Below the pieces are notes generated by a model. It worked only from the letters and a program-made list of their open reading frames with translations. It made no database searches and had not been told where the DNA came from. Positions 41,842 to 50,049 of a DNA stretch of 50,049 nt are shown piece by piece. Origin of the DNA: a virus (lineage: Duplodnaviria; Caudoviricetes); the IMG/VR virus record IMGVR_UViG_3300045912_000109, positions 1-50,049 of that record. One strand, given 5' to 3'. The stretch's first letter is position 1. Every line of letters begins with the position of its first letter. Position numbers and translations under genes: made by a program.

Positions 41842-43797
41842 ATGAGCATCTTTCGCGCATCTCCATCTGATTTTGATCGTTTCCCGGAAGCGGCAAGCAT
41901 TGCTGCAAACACATCGAACTTCCTTGTCAACAACTTGGCAAACACCGGGAAGGCGATTGGTCAGGCATTGGCTATTGATGCGGCGCGAGCGCAGGCGGCA
42001 GAAATCCTGCCGCAGCTTAATGAGAGCTATCTGGCGGGGATGGAGCAGATCAACAACGGGAACATCGGGGTAGGGCTTGGGATGATTTTTGATACCGCGA
42101 GTTATGCTCAGACAAATCCGCTTCTTTCGCGCATTGCTCGTGATGCTCAGATTAGCGCGAGTCAAGTAGCGCAAGCGAAGCTCGAAACGATCCTCACCGA
42201 AAACATGAGGCTCAACCTCATGCGGCAAGGGGCAGACATTGAGGTTGAGACTGACCGGAGGAAGTTGCAAAACCAACAAGACTTCAAGGGGGATGAGCCG
42301 CAAAAACCGAGTGTTATTGATCTGTATCGTCAATTAAAGGGCGGGCAACCGATTCAGGGAGCCTCCGGCGCGAGCACAGGAGGCCAGCCACAAGGTTTTT
42401 CCGATTTGGGATGGGAAACGGTCCCCGGAATACGACAAAACGATTCTACTGACAATTTTTGGGCTGAAAACGACGACATTCCGCCAAACGACTACGCTGG
42501 ACCTCTCCCAACAAACTCAGGCCCGCCCGATTCTATCGGAAACGATAGGCAAATTATTTTTACAGACATCGTTGAAAGCTCTAGGAGCAAAGAAGAGGCG
42601 AAAAAAATAATACAAGACAACGTGAATTTAGGGTTTCTTACTCCAGAAGAGGGGCAAGCATTCAGTGATCAACTGGAAAATCTTGCTCAAGGAGATAGTG
42701 ACTTTGAAGAACTTAGGCAGCAAGCAATTCAAGCCGCAAGCGAGAACACTGTGGCGTGGGGAGAACAGGCGGTGAAGGATCAGAGTCAGCAGATAGATAG
42801 AAGCATCCAGCAAAACCCCGATGCTCGATTGGCAGTTCAGCAGGCAATCGCATCGGGAAATCTTATCCAAATGAAGATTGCTCCCGACTTGCAAGCATTT
42901 CTTCCGTTTGAGGAAATCTTAGTTCCGGCAGAAAGGGGAAGTCTAGAATTTACACTGACACTTCAAGGAAACGACGGAAGCCTTCAAATTAAAGATAAGC
43001 CCAACGAAGGGGGCATGGACATTACTGGAATGGCTAACGAAGTTATTGGCGCGGCGTCCCGCTTAAACAGCATTGCCGGGTTATCCGATTTCGCAAGGCG
43101 TGTTGGAGGTAATATCTATTACCGCGAGACGCCCGGCGGCTCTGACAGCAGAGTCCTCACGGTATATGGAAGAGACTCCAAAACCGGAGAGGCCATCGTT
43201 TTTTCCGATACTACGGTTCAGGGCAAAAAGTCCTTGGCAACTCCTGTTCAACTGCCGCCCGAAGTCAGAAAGGACATCGACACAATCAATGGGTTCAAAG
43301 CACTCATTCAAACTCAATCCACGGGTATTGCGGCAGAGCCAGCAGAAATCCCCTATCCAGAGCAAACTTCTAGTGGAGAAGAGCGCACGGAGGGAACGAT
43401 GAGGCAAAGATTGATGCAACAGGTCACGGCAGATATACCCAATGCACCGAAAGAATTTCAAGATTACGTTGTAGAGGTTGGGGTTAAAAAGGGCGCGGAA
43501 GCGGCGAGTATGCTCGTTACTCAGTTTGAAACAAACCCCAAGGGAACTCTTCTTGAATTTGCAAAAACCATCAGAGAGCAAGCAAGATTTGCATTTCCGT
43601 TTTTAGAGCTTCCAGAAAGACCAAAAACCGTCGAAGAGCCTCCGTTCCCTACATTCACTCCAAAACAACAATCCATTCAGGATCAGGCTTTAGACGTAAT
43701 TAAATCTTGGATGAAAAGAAATCTTACTCCGCAAGGAAGGTATGACGCCGCGATTGAAAGAGCAGAAAAGATTGAAAAACTTGCAGAATCCATGTAG
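41842..43797 (+). CDS. Internal virion / DNA ejection protein
   Basis: 651 aa, Q/E-rich, between the small and giant ejection genes. Confidence 0.65.
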   Translation: MSIFRASPSDFDRFPEAASIAANTSNFLVNNLANTGKAIGQALAIDAARAQAAEILPQLNESYLAGMEQINNGNIGVGLGMIFDTASYAQTNPLLSRIARDAQISASQVAQAKLETILTENMRLNLMRQGADIEVETDRRKLQNQQDFKGDEPQKPSVIDLYRQLKGGQPIQGASGASTGGQPQGFSDLGWETVPGIRQNDSTDNFWAENDDIPPNDYAGPLPTNSGPPDSIGNDRQIIFTDIVESSRSKEEAKKIIQDNVNLGFLTPEEGQAFSDQLENLAQGDSDFEELRQQAIQAASENTVAWGEQAVKDQSQQIDRSIQQNPDARLAVQQAIASGNLIQMKIAPDLQAFLPFEEILVPAERGSLEFTLTLQGNDGSLQIKDKPNEGGMDITGMANEVIGAASRLNSIAGLSDFARRVGGNIYYRETPGGSDSRVLTVYGRDSKTGEAIVFSDTTVQGKKSLATPVQLPPEVRKDIDTINGFKALIQTQSTGIAAEPAEIPYPEQTSSGEERTEGTMRQRLMQQVTADIPNAPKEFQDYVVEVGVKKGAEAASMLVTQFETNPKGTLLEFAKTIREQARFAFPFLELPERPKTVEEPPFPTFTPKQQSIQDQALDVIKSWMKRNLTPQGRYDAAIERAEKIEKLAESM

Positions 43798-43808
43798 GAA
43801 CTCCTGAT

Positions 43809-46800
43809 ATGGAAACTTTGCTGCAAGAAACAGATGTCGATATAACGAGGTTCCCCAACCTCAGTAAGACCGACGAAGAAATGGATGAGTATGATCGCAT
43901 CCAGCAAAGGATTGCGAGATACAACGAAGCTCTTGCGGTAAGAAGTGGCTACAAAGACGAGGGGAAGCCGGAGGGATATTCTGATGAGGCATGGACGGCA
44001 CTTCGGCGCGGGGGTGAGCAGCTAAAGATGATGCTCTATGCCGGGGCTGCGGCTGCTGGAGAAATAACTGGAGCAAAGAGCCTTCAAGACTGGGGAGAGA
44101 CAGAAGCTCTTCGTAAGATCGATGAGATCAACAAGCGGTTTGCCCCGTCGGTAAATAGCTTCATGGACGTTCCGGGGGACAGTGTTGGGCAGACATTCGA
44201 CAACGCATTTCGTTATCTCCTGAGCGCAGCAGGAGAGACAATTCCCACAATGATACCTTCCCTGATTGCTGGGGCAGGTGCTGGGGCAATCGCGGGACAA
44301 GTTGGGAAAAAGGCTCTTGTGGCAAAAGCGACCGAACAGCTAACGAGAAACCTTACTGCAAGATACGGCCAAAGAAAGGCGGGGGAGATGATTGCCAGAC
44401 ATGCGCTTAACATAAAGCGCATTGCGGATGCAGCGAATGCGGGGAATGTTCGTGCGGCCCAAATGATGGGGGCATTTGGGGTGAATTACCCGTTGGCGGT
44501 TGGAGAGGTTTATCAAGGGATGATGGATAGCGAGGAGGGAGCATCAGGCGCACTGGCGTTTGGTTTCGGAGTTCCATTCGCTGCACTTGACACGCTTCCA
44601 GAAGTGATGGCTATCGACAAACTGATTGGGCCGGGAGCCGGGAGAAGATTCGCCAAAACGTTTGCAGATCGAGCAAAGATTGCCGGGATTACAGATTTGC
44701 AACTTGCCCTATCAGAGGCCGGAACAGAGGTAGCTCAAGAAGTTATCGCAAAAGCAGCAGCGATGATAAATGATCCGTCGAAGAAGTTCACGGATCAGGA
44801 TTTCGTTGAGCTTGCAGACGTTGCGATTAGAACCTTTATCGGAATGGGATCAACTTTTGGTGCGGCGGCGGGGCTTCGCCAAGCGGTTATTGCTCCAAGC
44901 TCGGACCCAAGAGTAAATCAAAAACAGTCAGAAATTGAGCGGAAGGCGGCAGAGATGTCTACGCCTTTTGGCGCAGCAGGGATCATCAATGAAGAACGAC
45001 AGCGAGGAACTGGCAGACCCGAGGCTGAAATTATTGCCGATCAAGCCCGGCTCGAAAACGAAGAGGCTCAACTCCGCAGGGAATTGGAAACCGCGCAAGA
45101 AGAAGAAGCTGTCAGGATTAGGGCCAGCATCGAAGAGATTGAAAGAAGGAAAGCTGACAATGCTGCCGAGCTTACAAGACTACGTAATCAAGACGGCGGA
45201 AGGTTTGGAGAGGCAGAGGGCAGTCAGCTACAAGAAGATGGAGCGGAGGCTGAAAGAGGCGCGGAAGAAGGAGCGTCACCAGAGTTTGCTGCAAAGCTGC
45301 AAGCAGTCACATCCCGATTCATGGCTGGGAGAACTCGCTCGCCGGATGAGAGGCAGAGAGGCATATTACAAGAGATCGCTCGCAAAGAAATTGCCCGCGA
45401 TAAAATCGCGGAGCGGCTACGTGCCTTATCAGAGCGGCCCGAACAGGCATCACCCGCAGAAGATGCCGAATTTAGTGCGCTCGCCAAAACCGAAAAAGCA
45501 TTGGGAACGGACATCGCAGAGCTTACTGCTTCGCTTCGTATCGACCCTAGTGAAACGAAGCCCATCCGTCGTAGCAAGTCTCCCGCCGTCCCTGCGTATC
45601 TGCGAGACAATCCCTTCTCCCGCCCTCGTTACGAAGTTAAGAAGAGCGAGATCGATGCAATCATTGACGGAGCACGAGAGAGCGATCCTAGAGATGCACA
45701 AACAAAAGAATGGCTCAAAGAGGCTATTGACCAATACATTCCCTTGATCGACGAGCTTGGAGTCAAGGTGGAATATGGTAAGACTGGCCGAGCCGGATAC
45801 AACTATCAGACCAACGCAATTCTACTTCCAAGCCCGGAGGAATACAGAAAAGCAGCTTCATACGGCAAGGATGACTTGTCGAAGATCATCGAGGAAGAAG
45901 CCATTCACGCGGCCCAATTCAAAGCCTTGCGGGATGAGTTTGATGCTTCCAAGGACACAAACTTTGGATCATTTCTCAAGAAGAAAATCGACAGGCTTGT
46001 TGAGGACATTGAGCGTGCTGACAGCGACATCCTCAAGAAAATCGCTCGTGGCTATATTGGGCCGAGGGCCAAGGTAACTGACAACACATCGAGGACTCAA
46101 CTTTACATTGAGTTTGAGAGGGCAGTTATTCAGAGGATGCGGACTGGCCAGCTTACCGAAGATTTGCGAGCGGCTAAGAAAGAGGCGCAAGCAGGGTCGG
46201 CGGCGGCGAGAACATTTATTGATTCTGTGCTTGAGGCTCTTGAGCGATACCGGGCAGCTATTGTTCGGTTTATTAACCGTGCAACATCGCCGAAGCGCAT
46301 TCAAGAACGGCTTAAGCAAGTCAACGCAATTCTTGATGAGTTTGGGATCATCAATCGTCCGACTCAGTTAGATTCCACTATCGTATCCGATACCAATGAG
46401 AGCAACATTCCGACCGGGCAGAGAGAACTTCAACGTCAAGACCAGCAAGAAGAAGCTGGCGGCACCGCGCAAAACCAGAAAACCCAACAAGAGCAAAGTC
46501 TGCCGCAAGAAGAAGGTCTAGTATCATCAGCGGCGGATGATGGGGGAACCGCAACCACCGCTACGGCGAGAGTTGACCAGCAAGACGCTCGTTTCAGCGA
46601 ACTGACGGCATCTATCACACCGGACACCGACCTTGAAGTGTGGAAAGCCGAGAACCCGGAAGCGTATGCCGAGCTTAAGAAGATGCGGGAGAAGGTGCTT
46701 CGTGAGGCGGGGTATGATGTGGGTCCGGTAATTCATCAGACGAACGCTTCAAATTTCACAGAGTTCGACATTGGTAAGGCTAGAAATACCGGACGTAGCA

Positions 46801-49800
46801 AGGTGGGGTTCTTCTTCACCGATAATCCCGATGTTGAGTATGGCAGGAATACCATTAACGCATTTCTCGAATCCAAGGAACCGCTTACCTTCGACTCTTT
46901 CAATGCTTTTGACGAATGGGCATCACGCAACGAAACATCCTTCGGGGATACGGCGTCTTTGAGGTCTGTCTTGCGTGAAAAAGGTTATGACAGTATAGAG
47001 ATCAAAGGTAAAACCGATGGTTTTGAGCAGACGATCACCGTCGTTCTGGACCCATCCCAAATCAAATCCGCCGAGCCGCTGAACCGCGACGAGAACGGCA
47101 ACTTGATTCCGCCTTCCCAATGGGCTAACCCGGAGAGTGACAGTATTCTCTTCTCTCCTGAGCAACAAACTGAGACCACGCAAGACGAAGCTCTTGCAGA
47201 AATAAATCAAATTGGCACAGACCAGCTTACCAAGTCACTGTTGGGCTTTGCGGAAGAAATGGAAGGGAAGCCGCGTAAGCGAGTATCGCAAGCATCGTGG
47301 GCGTATAAGCTGGGTGCGGCGATCAAATACGACAGTCAGACAAACAAAGAGTCTTTTGAGAAAGCGGCAAACTACATTCGTTCTCGTGGGATTCTTAAAG
47401 TCATGCGAACTTTCGCAAACGACAGATCAAGTATTCCTCAGACGCTCCAAAACATCATCGGCCCGGCTCTAAACGCATACTTCGATACCTTTGCAAGCAT
47501 GGCGCAGGGGCTTGATAGCGTGGCCTCGCTCCCGGCAGACCAGAGGCTTGAATTGCAAAGCGAGATTACTTCGCTCGCTCCAAGGTTAAATGCCTCTGGA
47601 TTCAATAATGCTTCCGAAGCTGGGAGGGCATTGCAGATTCTCAAGAAAACGCAAATCTTCGCAGGAAAGTGGGATCGCATGGCCACTCTTGAAAGAATGC
47701 TTTCTCCTTACATCAAGAAACTTGAGAAATCCACAAGGGCCAACGTCAAAGACTTAGCGGTCAATCTGACGAGGATCGCTGACTTGGCTCAAGAAGAGGT
47801 AATCACGAGAGGGGAGAAGGTAAATGCGGCGATTGAGTTAATAAAACGGGCAACCGCTGACCCGAAGAAGTTTGTGCGCGGCAGCAAGGCATCAATGGCC
47901 AAGAACCGGGCTGCTCTCAAAGAGGCTATTGATCGAATCGTCTTTGAGGCATCGGACGCCATTCATAAGTTCGGAGGAGACGAGCACGCTTATCAGTTAG
48001 CCCGAAAGCTCAAGCACATTATTGCTCCGGTTCGCGGAGGAACTGATCCAGAGAAGAGCGTAGATGCAATGATTGTGAAGGCACTCAATGAAGTTTTCAA
48101 AGAGTCGCTTCGCATGGACCCGACCGGACCCAAGAAAGTCACGAAGACTGACAGTGTTCGCGCCCTCAATCTACTAAAGCAAGCTATCGGAAACGATACT
48201 CTGAAAAACCAGATTCTTGACAATCTAGAAAACCAAATCGCCGCTGGATATGCGAAGGGAAAATCCGACCCGCAGTATATTGCCGACGGCTACCCGCAAG
48301 CGTTTGAAGCTGCTAGGGAGAAGGACTATGCTCGCAGCGTTCTTGAGGGCGCGATGAAAGAGGCCGAGCAAAATCTCAACGTCATCGTGAACAAGCTGAT
48401 TGAGACATCGTGGGGCGCAGGGATGGATTCGATTGGCCAAATCAAAAGCTACTTCCGGGAAAAGCTGGGCGGCATTGCCAGCAAAGAAGTGATCGACAGG
48501 CTTGTGGAAGATGTTGACGCAACGCTGACAAAAAGAGCCATCCGCAGGCTTGAGGAGTTGGCTACATTCACGGTTCGAGTGAAAACTCCAGACGGAGAGA
48601 CCAAGACCATTACGCTTGAGGAATACTACTCCGATCCGGACTTCTACGAGCGGTTAAGTTCTTCTATCGGCGGGGCAAAGCTGATCCGTGGCGCGATGAA
48701 AGACGAAGACGGCATCCGCACGACTCTGAATCAAGTTGTGAAGATGGGGCGCACGCGCAAAGACAAATACGCAAATGCCATTGCGCAAAACATCATTCAA
48801 GAGATGGGCATCCCCGAGGAGTATGCGACAGCAATGCAGAACCTCATCGTAAGCGAGATCAAGTTAGCCGTCAAAGACCGCATGACTCAGAACATCAAGC
48901 GTGAGCTTGACAAGCTGGAGGAGAGCGCGAAGAAAAATGAAAGCTCGCAAGAGGCTCGAAAAACGATGCTTGACAAGCTGATAGAGTATGCTGCCTCTGG
49001 CTACTTGCACGAAGAGAAAATCTACGAGTCAATCCGCAAGGCTCACCCCAAGCTCAAGCTGCCCCCTTGGAGCATTGAGATGGCAGAGAAGATTGAAGCC
49101 CTTGGAGAAATCGCAGACACTTCGACAGGATTTCTGAAAGAGCGCGCTCAATCTGAGATCGTTAAAGAGATCGTTCGTTCTCAACCAATTTCAAAAGAGG
49201 AGATGGTGACTACGTGGTGGTATTACAGCCTTCTCTCTGGTCCGGCAACGACCATCCTGAACTTGGGTTCGTCGCTTCTAAACTCGTTCCTCAACACATT
49301 CTGGCACGCGATACAGAATCCCTCAAAATTCAGAATGACATTTCAGGCATTCATTGAAGGGATTAGGAATCGCGGGATTCCCGAGATGATGTATGCCCTC
49401 AAGACCGGGCTATACTCATCCGACTTGGACGCGAAGTATCCAATCATCTCAATTCTTGAAGCGGCAACGCCGGAGAGCCATCCTACTTTTTACAAAGTCA
49501 CTCGCTTTGGGGATATTCCGATTTTGAAATACACGTCTCCCGTCTATGTATTTCGGATATTGAAAGCCACAGACTTGTTGTTCAAGGGGGCGGCTATGGA
49601 GGCCCGGCTCGCCACCCTTGACGCAAAGATCACGCAAGCACAGAGAGAAGAAGCGCGAGCGCAAGCCATAGAAGAAATTGGCCCTGAGACAAAAGAAAAC
49701 AAGTTGGAGATTGAAAAGAGAACGAATGAGATAATCGACGAGAAAATTGCTGCGGTTAACTCATACGCATACCGTTCAGCCGTGCAAGACTCACGGCGAG

Positions 49801-50049
49801 CGGTGTTCACGCAGGAGCCGGAAGGGGTTATTGGAATGCTGGCAAGGATGATTGGCTCTTTGTCAGAAAGACAGCCAGCGATTAAAGCCGTTGTTCCTTT
49901 CACAAACATCGTTGCTAACGTCCTCAACGAACAGCTTAATTACACTCCGATTGGATTTGCCCGATACTATATGAGCGGGTTAAGCTCAAACGCTGAGCGC
50001 AAAGACTTCCTTGTGGAAAACGCGAACGGAGATTTTGTGCAGGACAAAA
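43809..50049 (+). CDS. Giant polyvalent / internal virion protein (~2,394 aa including 1-1071)
   Basis: ATG at 43809 (METLLQETDVDI...). The ORF track lists nothing in this frame, consistent with no stop before the window end, and it is in frame with base 1. Contains an ART-PolyVal-like domain and an EEAIH zincin-like motif. Confidence 0.88.
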   Translation, partial: METLLQETDVDITRFPNLSKTDEEMDEYDRIQQRIARYNEALAVRSGYKDEGKPEGYSDEAWTALRRGGEQLKMMLYAGAAAAGEITGAKSLQDWGETEALRKIDEINKRFAPSVNSFMDVPGDSVGQTFDNAFRYLLSAAGETIPTMIPSLIAGAGAGAIAGQVGKKALVAKATEQLTRNLTARYGQRKAGEMIARHALNIKRIADAANAGNVRAAQMMGAFGVNYPLAVGEVYQGMMDSEEGASGALAFGFGVPFAALDTLPEVMAIDKLIGPGAGRRFAKTFADRAKIAGITDLQLALSEAGTEVAQEVIAKAAAMINDPSKKFTDQDFVELADVAIRTFIGMGSTFGAAAGLRQAVIAPSSDPRVNQKQSEIERKAAEMSTPFGAAGIINEERQRGTGRPEAEIIADQARLENEEAQLRRELETAQEEEAVRIRASIEEIERRKADNAAELTRLRNQDGGRFGEAEGSQLQEDGAEAERGAEEGASPEFAAKLQAVTSRFMAGRTRSPDERQRGILQEIARKEIARDKIAERLRALSERPEQASPAEDAEFSALAKTEKALGTDIAELTASLRIDPSETKPIRRSKSPAVPAYLRDNPFSRPRYEVKKSEIDAIIDGARESDPRDAQTKEWLKEAIDQYIPLIDELGVKVEYGKTGRAGYNYQTNAILLPSPEEYRKAASYGKDDLSKIIEEEAIHAAQFKALRDEFDASKDTNFGSFLKKKIDRLVEDIERADSDILKKIARGYIGPRAKVTDNTSRTQLYIEFERAVIQRMRTGQLTEDLRAAKKEAQAGSAAARTFIDSVLEALERYRAAIVRFINRATSPKRIQERLKQVNAILDEFGIINRPTQLDSTIVSDTNESNIPTGQRELQRQDQQEEAGGTAQNQKTQQEQSLPQEEGLVSSAADDGGTATTATARVDQQDARFSELTASITPDTDLEVWKAENPEAYAELKKMREKVLREAGYDVGPVIHQTNASNFTEFDIGKARNTGRSKVGFFFTDNPDVEYGRNTINAFLESKEPLTFDSFNAFDEWASRNETSFGDTASLRSVLREKGYDSIEIKGKTDGFEQTITVVLDPSQIKSAEPLNRDENGNLIPPSQWANPESDSILFSPEQQTETTQDEALAEINQIGTDQLTKSLLGFAEEMEGKPRKRVSQASWAYKLGAAIKYDSQTNKESFEKAANYIRSRGILKVMRTFANDRSSIPQTLQNIIGPALNAYFDTFASMAQGLDSVASLPADQRLELQSEITSLAPRLNASGFNNASEAGRALQILKKTQIFAGKWDRMATLERMLSPYIKKLEKSTRANVKDLAVNLTRIADLAQEEVITRGEKVNAAIELIKRATADPKKFVRGSKASMAKNRAALKEAIDRIVFEASDAIHKFGGDEHAYQLARKLKHIIAPVRGGTDPEKSVDAMIVKALNEVFKESLRMDPTGPKKVTKTDSVRALNLLKQAIGNDTLKNQILDNLENQIAAGYAKGKSDPQYIADGYPQAFEAAREKDYARSVLEGAMKEAEQNLNVIVNKLIETSWGAGMDSIGQIKSYFREKLGGIASKEVIDRLVEDVDATLTKRAIRRLEELATFTVRVKTPDGETKTITLEEYYSDPDFYERLSSSIGGAKLIRGAMKDEDGIRTTLNQVVKMGRTRKDKYANAIAQNIIQEMGIPEEYATAMQNLIVSEIKLAVKDRMTQNIKRELDKLEESAKKNESSQEARKTMLDKLIEYAASGYLHEEKIYESIRKAHPKLKLPPWSIEMAEKIEALGEIADTSTGFLKERAQSEIVKEIVRSQPISKEEMVTTWWYYSLLSGPATTILNLGSSLLNSFLNTFWHAIQNPSKFRMTFQAFIEGIRNRGIPEMMYALKTGLYSSDLDAKYPIISILEAATPESHPTFYKVTRFGDIPILKYTSPVYVFRILKATDLLFKGAAMEARLATLDAKITQAQREEARAQAIEEIGPETKENKLEIEKRTNEIIDEKIAAVNSYAYRSAVQDSRRAVFTQEPEGVIGMLARMIGSLSERQPAIKAVVPFTNIVANVLNEQLNYTPIGFARYYMSGLSSNAERKDFLVENANGDFVQDK

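Larger units (their letters stand above)
1187..48199. repeat. Dispersed 16-bp palindrome family CTATCG-N4-CGATAG (~31 copies); coordinates span first to last copy
   Basis: Copies start at 1187, 2921, 5585, 6401, 6924, 7264, 7819, 8366, 8598, 9453, 9672, 10532, 11577, 12241, 12928, 16945, 17740, 19408, 20361, 22064, 22767, 24295, 28004, 30111, 34673, 35836, 37133, 40148, 42533, 46378 and 48184. Confidence 0.95.

Noticed and set aside
44935-47472. Several plus-strand ORFs listed in the track
   Set aside because: Alternative-frame ORFs inside the giant gene at 43809.
1187-48199. Palindrome as an N4-type hairpin promoter or an RNA GNRA loop
   Set aside because: Centres vary (TAAC, TATC, TAGC, CATA), orientation is not tied to transcription, and I recognised no virion RNA polymerase motifs in the giant protein; a dsDNA binding site fits better.
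49923-50049. 127-bp repeat as a biological direct terminal repeat
   Set aside because: It lies mid-gene and equals a standard assembly k-mer length; it indicates circular closure only.
1-50049. DGR, retron, tRNA genes or a recoded genetic code
   Set aside because: No reverse transcriptase motifs or cloverleaf recognised, and standard-code ORFs tile the genome densely.

Overview
Complete, circularly closed genome (~49,922 bp) of a tailed phage with podovirus-like gene order; bases 1-127 are identical to 49923-50049. It encodes a Cas4-like nuclease, SSB, HTH and LmbU-like regulators, an SF2 helicase, two DNA methyltransferases, an HU-like protein, a lambda-O-like initiator with iterons, DnaB, RuvC and an inverted terminase. 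The structural operon has portal, scaffold, capsid, fibre, lysis and tail genes, and ends in a ~2,394-aa polyvalent/ejection protein that spans the assembly junction and is missing from the ORF track. I recognised no integrase, DNA polymerase, tRNA or Cas effector genes. The striking content is non-coding. (1) A 16-bp palindrome, CTATCG-N4-CGATAG, occurs ~31 times genome-wide, in intergenic DNA and inside genes. (2) Two cas-less type I-E-like CRISPR mini-loci share the layout repeat / 32-33 nt / repeat / 116-117 nt / divergent repeat. (3) Integron attC-like sites lie between the accessory genes at 13.1-16.6 kb, inverted relative to the genes and translated as shared N-terminal leaders. (4) ~50-bp hairpin units separate the putative early genes. 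(5) A second operator sits inside three promoters. Product names come from motifs read by eye, with no database search.
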